Source: the human T2T-CHM13v2.0 reference genome, Homo sapiens
Assembly (NCBI RefSeq): GCF_009914755.1
Contig: NC_060926.1
Strand: one strand, 5' to 3'
DNA: 64,000 nt
Program-made: the position numbers and the translations under genes
Shown: positions 42,362 to 56,774 of the stretch, one piece after another
Position numbering within the stretch: position 1 is the first letter of the stretch
How the letters are laid out: each line of letters begins with the position of its first letter
Notes under the pieces: generated by a model
What the model was told of the DNA's origin: nothing
Seen by the model: only the letters and a program-made list of their open reading frames with translations
Database searches by the model: none

Positions 42362-42797
42362 TTTTTTTTCTTTTTTTTTTTTTTTGAGACAGGTTCTCAC
42401 TTTTTCACCCAGGCTGGAGTGCACTGGTGTGATCTCATCTCACTTTGACCTCTGCCTTCCAGGCTCAATCAATTCTCCCACCTTGGCCTCCTGAGTAGCT
42501 GAGACCACAGGCATGCACCACCAAGCCCAGCTAGTTTTTGTATTTTTTTGTAAAGCTGTAGTTTCACCATATTGCCCAGGCTGGTCATGAACTCTGAGGC
42601 TCAAGGGATCTGCCCGCCTTGGCCTTCCAAAGTGCTGGAATCAGCTGGGATGAGTGCTCCCTTCCTTCTTTTTCCTTTTGTATAGCCTGGTCTCCCTAAA
42701 CTGCCCCCAGGCTGGTCTTGAATTCCTAATCTCACGCAATCCCCCCACCCAGGCCTCCCAAAGTGCTGGGATTACAGGCTTGAACCACAGCATCCCC
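42362..42797 (-). mobile_element. AluJ (42362-42653) followed by a partial Alu left arm (42654-42797), within old antisense L1M sequence
   Basis: T tail plus Alu body; second CCCAAAGTGCTGGGATTACAGGC. Confidence 0.85.
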
Positions 42798-44719
42798 CTC
42801 TCTTTTCTTTCTGTTATACTTTATGTTATCTTTCTATTTATATGAGGCTCTCCTTGTTTTTATTTTTATTGTATACTTATTTTTTAACAGCCCATCTTTT
42901 CTGAACTTTATTAATTTAGTTGGTAGGCTTAGTTTTTTTCATGTCGATTATTTTGTCATTAGTAGTTAATGGTAATTCTAAATCTTTGCCATTATTTATA
43001 TATAATATCATGTTCTTATCTGGTTGTGTTGGCTAATTCTTACAGAATTATGTTAAATAAATGTACCATGTACAGTTTCTAATTTGCTATGAGTATTTTA
43101 AATAAAAGTGGATATTGGACATTATAAAAAAACTTGAGTCATTTATAGTGATAGTCATTTGGTTTTTCTTTTTTAACCTATTATTATAATGATATATTTT
43201 ATTAAATTTCCCAACATAGACATTTCATATTCTCCATTTAAACTCTACTTCATCATGTATTTGGTTTGCTTATTTTTAAAATCTAATATCCATAGAGGTG
43301 GGTGGGGATTTCTATTTTTATTTACTTATTTTTATTTATCTTTCATGCCTAGTACAATGCTTGGCATAGAATAGACACTCAGTAAATATTAAATGAATGA
43401 ATGAATAAGTGAGATTGGTTTTCAGGTTTTATTTTGTCTTGTCATTGTCATGTTTTATAGTAAACTATACTAGTTTGATAAATGAAATTAAAGACTTTCT
43501 CTAAGATCATTGAAAGTATTGAAATATCACTAGAATCATTTGTTGTATTTGTCTTTAAAAGGGAGCAGCTTTTGTTGTAGTTGTTCAAGTCTACCTTTCT
43601 GGTTTTTGTTTCATTTATTTGTATTTATCTTTATTCACCTCTTATTTTTCTCTGTTTCTTTAGGTTCATATTTTCTTTCTTTTCAGTTTTCTTGAATTCA
43701 ATGCTTGGTTTATATATTTTAATTTTTTTTAATAAGTAGGTTTAATGCTCCAAGTTCTCTTCTCAGATCAATCCTAAAAAGTCTGTAATTTATTATAGAT
43801 TTCTTCTTCAATAGAGGTATTAAAGGATACATAGGAGATAAACTTTTAAGTCCTTGTATTTCTAGAAAATTTTTATTTTACTTTTATATTTGAGAACTGC
43901 TTTCCCTAGACATGAGTACAAAATCATTTTTCTCACAACTTTTAAGACATTATTTCATTTCCTACAGTGATGTTGATCACATAATTGATATGTGACTTTG
44001 TTTCTTTCTGGAAGCCTTTAAGATCTCCTTATCTAGTGGTCCAAAACTTTATACAGATATATCTAATTGTGAGTTTTTTTAGTTTTTTTTTTTTTTTTTT
44101 TAGTGTAGTATACTTGGCATACAAGGACTTTCAGTCTGAAGTCTTATACCAGTTTTTATCTTTAAAAATTATCTTCTATTATATCTACGGTTATTTTTTC
44201 CTCTATATTTCCCTACATATTCTCATTCTGGGATTCCTTTTAGTTGAATGTCAACCCTTTAGAATCAATCTTCTCTCTTAACTTTCTCATATTTTACCCA
44301 CCCAGTGCTAATATTCTACTTACTGAAGATTTTTTCTTAACTTAGATTTCCAAATCACTTATTGTATTTAGCAATCATATATTTAATTTCCAAGACCTCT
44401 TTCATATTTCATGCTTATTCTTTCTTTAAGATATCCTCCTCTTGTTCATGGATGCAGTGTATTATAAGTTTTTCAAAGTTATTTTTATATTCTATAAATA
44501 TTCTCCCTTTTCTCAGTGTCTTTCTTTTTCTCTTCACTGTGGTAGATGTGATTCATGTGTCTGATGCCTGTTTACTTTTTAAATAAAGTAATAGGAAAGC
44601 TCTGATTTCTCTATGTGTGAACAGACTACTGTATTGGCTGGCTTGTCTTGAATAAGGTATGCATGACATTAGCCTTATATTTTGCAAGCCCTAAATATCA
44701 AAGGTGATTTTTCTGATAG

Positions 44720-45121
<402 letters not shown>

Positions 45122-46084
45122 TGACTTTCAATTTTTTTTTTGTTTTCAGCCTCATAGGTCTCTACTAAAGTTCATTGCATTTTGTGTTTCCAATTGCCCT
45201 ACCTTTCTTGGATTCCTACAGCAGGTTGGCCCCCTCCTCACCTTTCATCTCTTCCTCTACTGCTCTTTATCACTCAGCACTCCTTCTGATTTCCTTCTTT
45301 CTGAAATTTTTTAATTCCCTTTTCCACAAACAGATAGCCCTTTATTCCTTTTCCTTATTGTTTGTTTTCCCTTTAAAAATGTATTTATTTACCAGTATTT
45401 TAAGGAGATCTCAAGAGAGAAAAGATAGGAATATGAGCTCAGCCTCATATCTCATATCTCACTCTCATAACAAAGACCCATCTTAAGAGCTTTTGCTGCC
45501 TTTATTTTTATTGTTAAAATATGGAGTCTGTAATTGATGTTTCAGTTTCCTCTTTGGAGAAAGATTTTTAGGCTCTAGGTAATTTTATTTATACTCTTTA
45601 TCTTTAGTCAGTTGTTTCTAGTTTTATTACCCTATGATTAGTGGCTGGACTATAAAATTTTTAATTTTTGGAGTTCAGTGATGTTTTCTTTGTAGTACGG
45701 AATATAATCAATTTTGGTAAACATTCTGTGGACATTTGAAGAGAATTATGTTCTCTGTTATATACAAGGTTAGGTACATCTGTTATATTGGTTAATTCTT
45801 TAATTTACTTTTGAATGTTTGATTTATAAATGACTTTTTGAAAGAAGTTATTTTCTCAAGACAATTATTCCATGTTTTCGTGCTCTCCTTGAGTTTCAAA
45901 TAGCTTTTATTTCATATTTCAGCACTGTGTTATTTCTAGTATAAAAGTTCATAAAGTACATATCCTCATTGTGGAGCTTTACTTTTTAATCAGTTTAAAA
46001 TAATTTGTTTTGCCTATATAATAAATTTTTCTCTAATTTCCGTCGGTATGCTATTGATATTTCCACTCTGCCTTTTATTATTTC

Positions 46085-47245
46085 TACTTTTTTAATTGAC
46101 AAAAATTGTATATATTTATGGTTTTGAAATATGTATACATTGTGAATTGGCTAAATCAAGCTAGTTAGCATATGCATTACCTCCATTTTTACCATTTTTT
46201 GTGATGAGAACACTTAATATCTACTCAGCAATTGTCATTGTGTCATAATACAAAATACATTTGTATTAACCACAGTTGCCATATTATACAATAGGTCCCT
46301 TGAACTTATTTCTCCTGTCCAGCTGAAATTCTGTACCCATCGACCAGCGTCTGCCCCATCCCTTCCTCCCCTCCAGTCTGTGGTAACCACATTCTATGCT
46401 CCACTACTATGAGTTTGACTTTTTTAGATTCCACATGTAAATAAGATCATGCAGTATTTGTCTTTCTGTGCCTAGCTTATTTCACTTAACATAATTCCTC
46501 CAGGTTCATCCATGTTTTCAGAAGTAACAGGATTTCCTTCATTTTAAGGCTGAGTAGTATTGTCTTATGTGTTCATACACCATGTTTTCTTTACCTATTC
46601 ATCTGCTGATGGACACTGAGGTTGATTCCATATCTTGGCTATTAGTTGTATAATGCTACAGTGATCATTGGAATGCAGATATATCTTTGAAAGACTATTT
46701 CATTTCCTCTGGATAATACCCACTAGTGGGATCATGTACTAGTTCTGTTTTTAAGTTTTTTGAGGAACTTCCATACTGTTTTCCATAATGACTATACTAA
46801 TTAACATTTCTACTTACAGTGTACAAACATTCTCATTTCTCTACATCCTTGTCAATACTTATTTTTTTTGTTTGTTTTTCGTAATAGCTATTCTAACAAG
46901 TGTGTGGTGATACTTCATTGCGGCTTTAATTTTCATTTCCTTGATGATTAGTGATGTTGAGCATTTTTCCATATACCTATTCACCATTTGTATGTCTTCG
47001 TTTGAGAAATGTCTATTCAGGTCCTTTGCGCACTTTTTAATCAAGTTGTTTGTTTGCCTCTTGTTGAGTTCTTTGTGTTCTGTATATATTTTAGATATTA
47101 ACTCCTTATTAATTGTATGGTTCACATATATTTTCTTCCATTCTATAGATTGTCTCTTCACTCTATTGTTTCTTTTGCTGTACAGAAGTGCTTTTTAGTT
47201 TGATATAATTCCATTTATCTATTTTTACTTTTTGTTGTCTGTGCT
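46085..47245 (-). mobile_element. L1MA-type 3' end with ORF2 C-terminal remnant
   Basis: ORF 46859-47161(-) [29 protein letters not shown]; L1MA-like 3'UTR. Confidence 0.85.
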
Positions 47246-47522
47246 TTCTGTTTGCATTTGCCTGATATATCTTTATGTATCTGTGTATTTTCCTTCACTT
47301 TTAACCTTTGCCTAGAAATTGCTAAGGTGCAAGTATTATAAGCAACACAAAATTACATTTTGTTTCCTAGACTGGGCTAAAAGTCATGTATTTCTAGACA
47401 AAGTACAGAATGATCTCACTGTTACTGGGAGAAAAATACACATTTGTTCTCATTTTATGCTGTTTTTTACACTTCTTTTTAGAAAACATTTCTCTTTGTT
47501 TCTTTATTGTCTCATTTCCTAT

Positions 47523-48259
47523 TGAAATCACCTTTGCAAAAATTATGACAGTGAGAGAAATCTGACAGAGCTGACTCCATCATGCTTCCAACCTCACAAA
47601 ATGCCTTTGCTCATTCCTGGGCATCGGTCAAACTGTGCACTAACTATGGGAGGAATTTAGTTTACAGTTTAACTTTAAAACAAAGATGATTAACAGTCTC
47701 TTCCTGAAGCTAACCCCCACTTTGCTTGGGGATTGAAACTGCATTTGTAAGATTAACAAATTGTCCACACAGTTAAAACTATGGTTCAAGAGTCATGTAG
47801 CTGGAGGTCACAAGATTTGTAACTCCCCACTTGCTCCTTATATAACATCATTATGCTAAAACTTAAGACTGGTGTTTGAGGTATTTTTCAGACCTTGCAT
47901 TCTGATGGACGAGCTGGCACCACCCTGACCAGTAACCCCTACCAAGAAACTGACTCAGCACGTTGTGACACCCCCACCCTCAGGAATAGAAACAGTGCAA
48001 GAATACAGCTTCAACCCCCTGTGATTTCATCCCCAACCCAACCAATCAGCATTCCACATTCTCTAGCCTTCTACCCACCAAACTCCTTGAAAAACTCTAG
48101 ACACCAAATTCTCCCTGGAGGCAGACTTGACAATTATCTCCTGTCTTGCCACTGGACTGCCTTGTGATAATTAAACTCTGTCTTTGCTTCAGCACTTCTG
48201 CTGTTCTCATTATATTGGCATTTTTGGGCAGCAGGGAAGAACCTAGTTGGGCAGTAACA
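47523..48259 (+). mobile_element. ERV1 solo LTR (LTR8 family, 8A/8B-like)
   Basis: TGAAATCACCTTTGCAAAAATTATGACAG...GTTGGGCAGTAACA (TG...CA); TSD not clear. Confidence 0.85.
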
Positions 48260-48407
48260 ATACATGTACTGGAAAGTGAGAGTGCTTGGATTTTCCTGTG
48301 TCCCTTATTGATATGGGAAGTCCACTTTCATCATTTGTACTTTTCAATGCTAGATAATTCTTCTTTGCTATTTTATTTTTCTCTTCCTTTATTCTGCTAT
48401 ACCCATC

Positions 48408-48495
48408 AAGTTTTTCTTAATCTTTTTTTATTCTAGTTCTCATTTGGAAGTTTTTCTTAATCTTTTTTTATTCTAGTTCTCATTTGGAAGTTTTT
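48408..48495. repeat. Perfect 40-bp tandem duplication
   Basis: AAGTTTTTCTTAATCTTTTTTTATTCTAGTTCTCATTTGG twice, then AAGTTTTT. Confidence 0.95.
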
Positions 48496-48656
48496 TATCA
48501 TATTCTTATTCTACTAGTGCTTCATTTCTCTTTCAGTGTCAAGAGCAAAATTGTCTAATACTTTTCCATGTGTACAATGAGACATTTAACATAATTTTAC
48601 TTTCTACTATTCTTATCCTCACCCCCGACACCACCACACACACAAACCACTTTTTT

Positions 48657-48822
48657 TAAATTATACTCTAAGTTCTGGGGTACACATGCAGAACGTGCAG
48701 TTTTGTTACATAGGTATAGACGTGCCATGGTGGTTTGCTGCACCCATCAACCCATCACCTACATTAGGTATTTCTCCTAATGTTATCCCTCCCCAGCCCC
48801 CCACCCCATGACAGGCCCCGGT
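48657..48822 (-). mobile_element. Very short L1PA (about PA7-8) 3' end
   Basis: TTATACTCTAAGTTCTGGGGTACAC...; degenerate TSD CACA(A/C)A(C/T)CACTTTTTT at 48641-48656 and 48823-48838. Confidence 0.85.
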
Positions 48823-49122
48823 CACACATCACTTTTTTGTTGAAATAATCTCGACCTTTAACTTTAGATTAATGTTGCTTATCATTTTACAGTATGTAAA
48901 TTTTGTTATTTGAACTTAGGCATAACCCGATATTTTACTGATTTTGTTGCTAATACTCCTTCACAGTTAAAACATTTTGCATTTCTTAAAGTCCTAATCT
49001 TTTAAGAAGGATGGTAAAATTTCTGGGTCCTTGAATGACTGTGAAATACTTAGTGTCTTTGGAAATGAATGATAAAGCTAGGCTGGGTTTAGAATTCTGT
49101 TACAAAAACCTTTTACACTTAA

Positions 49123-49447
<325 letters not shown>

Positions 49448-49769
49448 GTCTTTTCTTACATATGGTTGTGTGAGAGAAATCTGATGTTAATCTGATTATT
49501 TTTTGTTTTAGATTATATGTTTTCTTATGCAACCTATATAAGATTTTGTTTTCCTTTATTTTTTAAAATCGTTAAATTCATAAGCATCACTAGGTTATTC
49601 TAGGTCTCTTTTTTGACTGCATTTGAATAAGCCCTTTGAGTATGAAAATTTATATTTTTCTTTATTTCAGGAAAATTCCCAGTATTATTTCTTTGATTAT
49701 TGCTTCCCCTCCATCCATTATCTTCTTACCTTCTCACATTTTTATTATTGGACTCCTGGATTTGTCTCT

Positions 49770-50174
49770 CTATTAATCAGTGTTCTCCAGAGAAACAAAA
49801 TTAGTGGGATGTATGTAGAGAGAGGGATTTATTTTAAGGAATTATCTCACGGGAGTGTGGGGTGGGCAAGTCTAACCTATAGAGCAGGCCAGCAGGCTGG
49901 AAATTTCTGCAGGAGGGAATATTAAAGTCTTGTATCCCAAAGCAGTCTAGGGAGAATTTCTTCACAGGAGACCTCACTCTTTTCTCTAAATACCTTCAAA
50001 TGATTGGATGAGGCTCATCTACTTTATGAGAGTAATATGCTTTACTTAAAGTCTACTGATTTAGACTTTAATCACATCTAAAAATTACCTTCACAGCAAC
50101 ATTTAGACTGGTGTTTGAGCAAGGAACTGTGCACCATAGCCTAGCTGAGTTGACATATAAAGTTAACCATCACA
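49770..50174 (-). mobile_element. ERVL solo LTR (MLT2D-like)
   Basis: CAGTGTTCTCCAGAGAAAC...AAGGAATT...TTGACATATAAAGTTAACCATCACA. Confidence 0.8.
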
Positions 50175-50447
50175 GCCTGGAAATCACTTTTTTTTTTTGG
50201 CTCATTTTTCTTTATTATCTTAATATGAGTTCTAGGAGAATTTGTCAGAACAGTCTTCTAAAATCACCTGTTTGCTGCTTACAGCATTTATTGCTGTTAT
50301 AAATTTGTTAATTTTTATTTAAAATTAATATTTTCTGATTTTATATTTTTCATAGTTTCAAAGTTTTCTCATATTTTATTGAAAAATGTTTTAATTTGAA
50401 ATGTTTCTTGGATATTTATATTTTTGTTTTGACTATTTTTTAACGTT

Positions 50448-50755
<308 letters not shown>

Positions 50756-52294
50756 AGAACTTTATTTAGAAAAATGTCAAAGCTATAGAATATTTGTAAA
50801 CATACTATAATTAATATTATTGCACTTTTCACTTAATCAATTACCATTTGCCATATTTGGTTTATCTCTCACCATACACATGCATCACTTATTTTGCTAA
50901 ACCATTTAAGAGTAAATTGCAGACCTTATGAACTTTTACTTAAATACTTAAGCATGTATCTCTGAACAAGGCCATTCATTTACATTATTTAAAATAGTTG
51001 TGAAATTCAGAAAATTTAACATTGATACAACATTAATATAGTCTATGTTTAAATTTTTCCAATTATTTCAGTAATGTCGTTTTATAGCAATTTTTTCTCC
51101 AATCTGGGTTCCACTTGAGAGTTATATATTGCCTTTAGTTATCATGTAAGAGATTTTTTTGAAGTAATTTTCTCTTTCTTGACATAAATCTGTTTCACAA
51201 AGAAATATTTGATATGACTCCTTAGAATGTGCCTCTTGTTTTTATATGTATGATGACTTTTCTTTATTGCCTTTAAAGAGCAGTTCTGCATGTTTCCAGT
51301 ATCAGGATTTCAGAATTTGGGGTAAAAATTCTATTGGTTCTTATTTGAAAAAATTAAACCCAAAGGAGAAGAGAAAGTTTGTATTTTCTCTCATTTTGGT
51401 ATACTCAGTTGTGGTACTTTTGGCTCTGTGGCTTCGGAGAACAATTGTGTCTCCCTTTCTTCAACATCACTCTTAAGGGGCAATTTTCAGTTGTCCACAG
51501 TATTTATAGAGTGTTATGTTAAGTCCAGTTGAGATTGCAAAGTTTGCAATCTGGTTCAATGAATAATAATTATTAAGGTAAGGCAAGTAAAGAGCATTTG
51601 TGAGACATGGTAAGAAGTTATGGAAAGTTCAAAGCCTTGAGTCTAAAAATATGAATAATATTTGGGTAATAGGGGAAACATTCCTGTTAAGAGTTTAGGA
51701 AAAATATAGATCATTAAAATTTGGTCTTAGTGTAACACTAGGAAGCATATCGTAGAACTAATTCCTTTATTTAAATTTTACCAGAGAAAACACAAACTTA
51801 AATATGTAGCTAATATATATTATGCATATAATACAAACAAATATAAATATATGTATAAATTGTTCAGTTCATCCAAGCTGTCAAATATTTCCTAAAGTTG
51901 TTTTTAATATTCTGTAACTTATTTTTTAGAGACAGGGTCTTGCTCTGTTGCCCAAGCTAGTCTCTTGAACTCTTTGCCTCAAGCAATGTAGTTTTTTATC
52001 TCTACTTTACCTATAATTACTCAAGCAATGTAGTTTTTTGTGTCTACTTTATCTGTATTATGTACTCTTTTTCATTGATAATGCCTCTATTTGTGCTCGT
52101 TTTGTTTTCTTCATCAGTCCTGCTAGAGATTGGTCTATATTATCATTATTGTCCTCTTTCTTCTTTCTTATATTTACTCTTATTTCTTTTCTCACTTATT
52201 TGATTGGGACATAATTGATTAGCTTTTGATCTTTGTTTTTCTAATTTAATAAATGAATTGAAGAAATGCTTTTTATTGTTTTAACTAACTGAAC

Positions 52295-52625
52295 TGTTTT
52301 TAATATCAGGTTAATTAAGATATAATTTGCATAAAGTCAGATCACCTTCTTAGTGTATAGTTCTGAGTTTTGGCTTGTGTACACATTCATTTAACCACCA
52401 CCATAGTCAAGATACAGAACCTCCATCACCCACGAAAATTTTCTTGGGTCCCTTTGTAATAAACCCCTCTCCCAACCTCAGCCCTTGGCAACCAATGATT
52501 TGTTTTCTGTCGCTGTAGTTTTGCTTTTTCCGGAATGTCATATAAACATAGTTACACCATATGTAGCCTTTGGTTCTATCTTCTTTCACTTAATATCATG
52601 TATTTGAAGTTCATTCGTATTGTTA
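52295..52625 (-). mobile_element. L1M (MB/MC) 3' fragment
   Basis: ACCACCACCATAGTCAAGATACAGAAC...CTTGGCAACCAATGATTTG. Confidence 0.7.
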
Positions 52626-53048
52626 TTATGATATTGTGATCAGAGGGCTGGTTTATATGACTCTGATTGTTTGGCACTTATTTGGGCTTATTTTTGAGGT
52701 TTAGTGTGTGATCTGTTTTCATGAATGGTCTGTGTGTGTTTGAAAGGAATGCTCTATTTTTTAGTGCAGGGTTGTATATATATAGCTGATAGAGAGGCTT
52801 GTTGATTGTGTTGTTCAAATCTATTTTTACTAATTTTTATCCTTATTATCCATCAGGTTTTGATGGGGTTGTGTATGTGTATGTGAAAGTCTCTCACTGT
52901 GTCTGTGGATTTTTCCATTTCTTTGGGTAATTTGTATGTTTTTAAGTATATTAAGGCCATCATTTTAAAAATCTTCATACATTTTTTAATGCCACTTTTT
53001 TCTCATTTAATGTTTATTTGCCCTAAATTCTATTTTTTAAAATTTATT

Positions 53049-54005
53049 TGTTTTAGTCAGGGTTCTCCGGAGACAGAACCAGTAGGATATATCTAGAGGT
53101 ATGTGAAAAGGGATTTATTAGGGGAATTGGCTCACTTGATTATGGAGGCAGAGAAATCCCATGATAGACTGCAAGCTAGAGAACCAGGAAAGCCAAAATA
53201 CTCACTCAGTCCAAGTATGAAGGCCTCAGAACCAAAGAAGCTGATAGTGTAATTCTCAGTCTAAGGCTGAAGGCCTGAGAGCCCAGTAGGCCACTGGTGT
53301 CAGTCCTGGAGTTCAAAGGTTGGAGAACCTGGAGTTCTGAAGTCCCAAGTCAGGAGAAGGGTGTCATGACTCCAGGAGAGAAGTGGTGAAAAATTGCCCT
53401 TCCTGCAGTTTTTTGTTCCATATGGTCCCCCAAGCGATTGGATGGTGCCCACCCATGTTGAGGGTGTATCTTTTCCATTCATTCCACCAACTCACATGCC
53501 AGTCTCCTCTGGGAACACCATCACAAACACACTGGGGCAGCCTAGTCATTCTAATCAAAAGCAGAGCCATCAAGGTGTGGTAGCTCACACCTGTAATCCC
53601 AACACTGGGAGGCAGGGTGGGAGGATCACTTGAGGCCAGGAGTTCAAGACCAACCTGGGCAACATAGTGAGATCCCATTTCTTAAAAAATGGGAAAAGTT
53701 ATCTGGGTGTGGTGGCATGAGCCTATAGTCCTAGATACTAGGAAGGTCAAGTCGGCAGGATCGTTTAAGCACAGGAGTTCGAGGGTGCAGTGAGCTATGA
53801 TTGCACAACTGCACTACAGCCTGGGCAACAAGCAAGACCTTGTCTCTGTAAAAAATAAAAATTAAGCAAAACCATCTGAGTTTCTCTTTCAGCAGAAAAA
53901 GGTCAGGCACAGTGCCTACTGAAACATTGAGAGTAATTAATGCTTTACCAGCTGTCTGAGTATCCCTTCATCCAGTCAAGATGACACCCACAATCCACTA
54001 TCACA
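53049..54005 (-). mobile_element. ERVL solo LTR (MLT2B-like) containing an AluJ
   Basis: TTAGTCAGGGTTCTCC...GGAATTGGCTCAC...CCAGTCAAGATGACAC...ATCACA. Confidence 0.85.
53572..53863 (+). mobile_element. AluJ inside the MLT2
   Basis: TSD-like AAGCA(G/A)A(G/A)CCATC at 53559-53571 and 53864-53876. Confidence 0.9.
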
Positions 54006-54199
54006 GTATTGCTTTGCTACTTTTCTTTTGGCAAGTTTTTGCTTAGAATATCATTTCCATTCTTCTTTATTTTCATTTAGCTCTAGATGTATCTCATCTG
54101 AACATCATAAAGCTGGATTTATTTTTCTAATTCCATTCTGATAGTACTTTTCCTTTAAGAAGTTAATTTAATTTATTATAGTTACACATTTGGACTCTT

Positions 54200-54366
54200 T
54201 CTTTTTTAAGAAGTGTATCTCTCTGTGTTGGACAGGTGGAGTGCAGTGGCTATTCACAGGTGCAGTCATAGTACACTGCAGCCTCAAACTTCATGGGCTC
54301 AAGTGATCCTCCCGCCTCAACCTCCCAAGTAGCTGGGACTAGAGGCACATACCACCACACCTGGCT
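54200..54366 (-). mobile_element. FAM (fossil Alu monomer)
   Basis: Contains the 7SL-derived GCAGTGGCTATTCACAGG segment absent from dimeric Alu. Confidence 0.8.
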
Positions 54367-54834
54367 TTGGGCTCATTTTAACCATTTTATTGTGGTTTTG
54401 TTTAGTTAATTTTTCTTCACTTTTTTTCCTCCTTTCATGACATCTGTTGAACTGATATTTCTCTTGGTTGCTTCTGCTTTTTTCTTTTTTCTCGTTTCCT
54501 GGTTTGGAAGCTATAGATTTGTATTTCTATTCTTTTAAAAACTAACTGCAAAAAAAAAAAAAAAAAAAACAAAAAGAAAAAACAGAAAAAAAATTAACCA
54601 TAAATTTTAATACATATGTGGACTATATTATTTTTCTCACAGAGTCTAAAATTGCTTAGTGTATCCTTTAGTTAAACAATCCATGCACATTTTATCTGCT
54701 GCCTTTCTTTACAGGTTTTTCTAGAATTTAATTCACCTTTGTATTTTGTCGATTTTATTTTAAAAGGGACAGTAGTTTGATTTCCATCCTCACAGTTACT
54801 TCTTATGTCCCTTGCCTTCCCTCAATGTTCAGTT

Positions 54835-55167
<333 letters not shown>

Positions 55168-56774
55168 TGAAAAGTAGTTATTTCAGCAAACACATGTAGC
55201 AGGTAAACTAGTTTTTGTAGTTCTGAAAATATCTTTATTTTGGCCTCTCTATTTAATGGTAATTTAGCTAATTTTAAGTGTTTAGGCTACAGTTGTTTTT
55301 CCCTCAGCAATTTGAAGATCAGACTCTAATATCTTTCAGTGTCTTTTGAGAGAAAAGAAATCTACCATTTAACTATTGTTACTTTACAGATCATCTTTTT
55401 CTAACCTCTGATAGCATTAAGACTTCTTATTAACCTTGATTTTGTCCTTGCTCTGTGGTGGATTGAGGTGTGGATATATTTTTATGGATTTTATCTTCTC
55501 TGGATTTGATGATAATGATGCTTTTAATCCAAGGTATTCTACTGATCTTTAGTACTGGGGATATCTTAGACATTATCTGTGCAAACATTCTTATCTGCTA
55601 TGCCTTCTACATTCTATTTCTAAAATTTGTTCTATGTTAAGGCCTGTATCCTACATGACTTAACGCTGTTTCAGTTTTCATCTCTCTGTATCTCTGTATC
55701 ACATTCTCAGTGAATTGCTCAGTCCTGTTTTCCAGTTTACTAGGTGCCTTTTCTACTATATCCTTTTCTAATATATCCTGTCTACTAGGATTTTCTTTTT
55801 CAAATAATAAATTTCAATTTCCAAGAATTTTTGTCATTTTTTTGCATACACCAATTCTTATATTTTCTTTTAATTTTGTTTTCAAAATTTCTTATTCTTT
55901 TTTAAGATATTTCTTCCTTTACTTCTGTATGAATCTTCAACTCTTATTTTTATGTTTTCTGATTGCTCGTAAATATATTTCCTCTTGCATTTTTTTAAAA
56001 ATTCATGATCTTTCAATTGTGTTTGTTGACTTTCTTAGCTTTAGTTTTCCTCGAGTGCTTTGGAAATCATTTTGCAGGTTCATCCTGACAGTGACTTTTT
56101 TTTCTCTCTATCTCTATCTCCTTTTGTTTATCCCAATCATTGAGTCAGTGGGTGGATTGACTTAAGTTTTAGGAACTAGGATTTGTCTCCCTCCTCTGTC
56201 TTCCTGGTTTTATATAATGGTTTATCCCCAAAAGCTTTTTTCAGCTTCTTTTCACAGTTTGGGGAATCACATCTTAGTGCCATTTTTATGCACTGAGACT
56301 TGCTCAAGTCTTTTGCCAGGTGGTTCTTTTTAATCTCCACTAACATGCAATATTAACCCTTGGTGCATCTAACCGCTACCAGACTTGGAGCTTAACTATT
56401 CTATAATGTCAGCCTTGCGTACTACTTTGTGTTCTGTTACACAGTGACTTTTATTTTTAGTACAGCAGTATCTTGATTTTTTTCTTTACTATATCTCTTA
56501 TACTTTATTCTGTTATACTTTTTCAATAATATATCTTATACTTTATCCGTAATTGCTGAGTACTGTTTTAAATAGAGAAGTCTCTAAAGTGTCTATTGCC
56601 AGTACCATCTTGACCAGGAATCCTGTCAAAACAGTTTGCACATACATATTTGGAAATTAGGATATGAATCTTTGTCAAACCCATCACCTTTGGCATATAT
56701 ATGATTCATTCTATTTATTTGTTTAATGCATAGATATGCTACAGCAAAACAAGAATAAGAATACCAATTCATGT

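Noticed and set aside
55710-56165. 151-aa hydrophobic ORF (and 43985-44586) as a membrane protein
   Set aside because: F/L/I bias comes from T-rich antisense old L1 sequence; no gene structure
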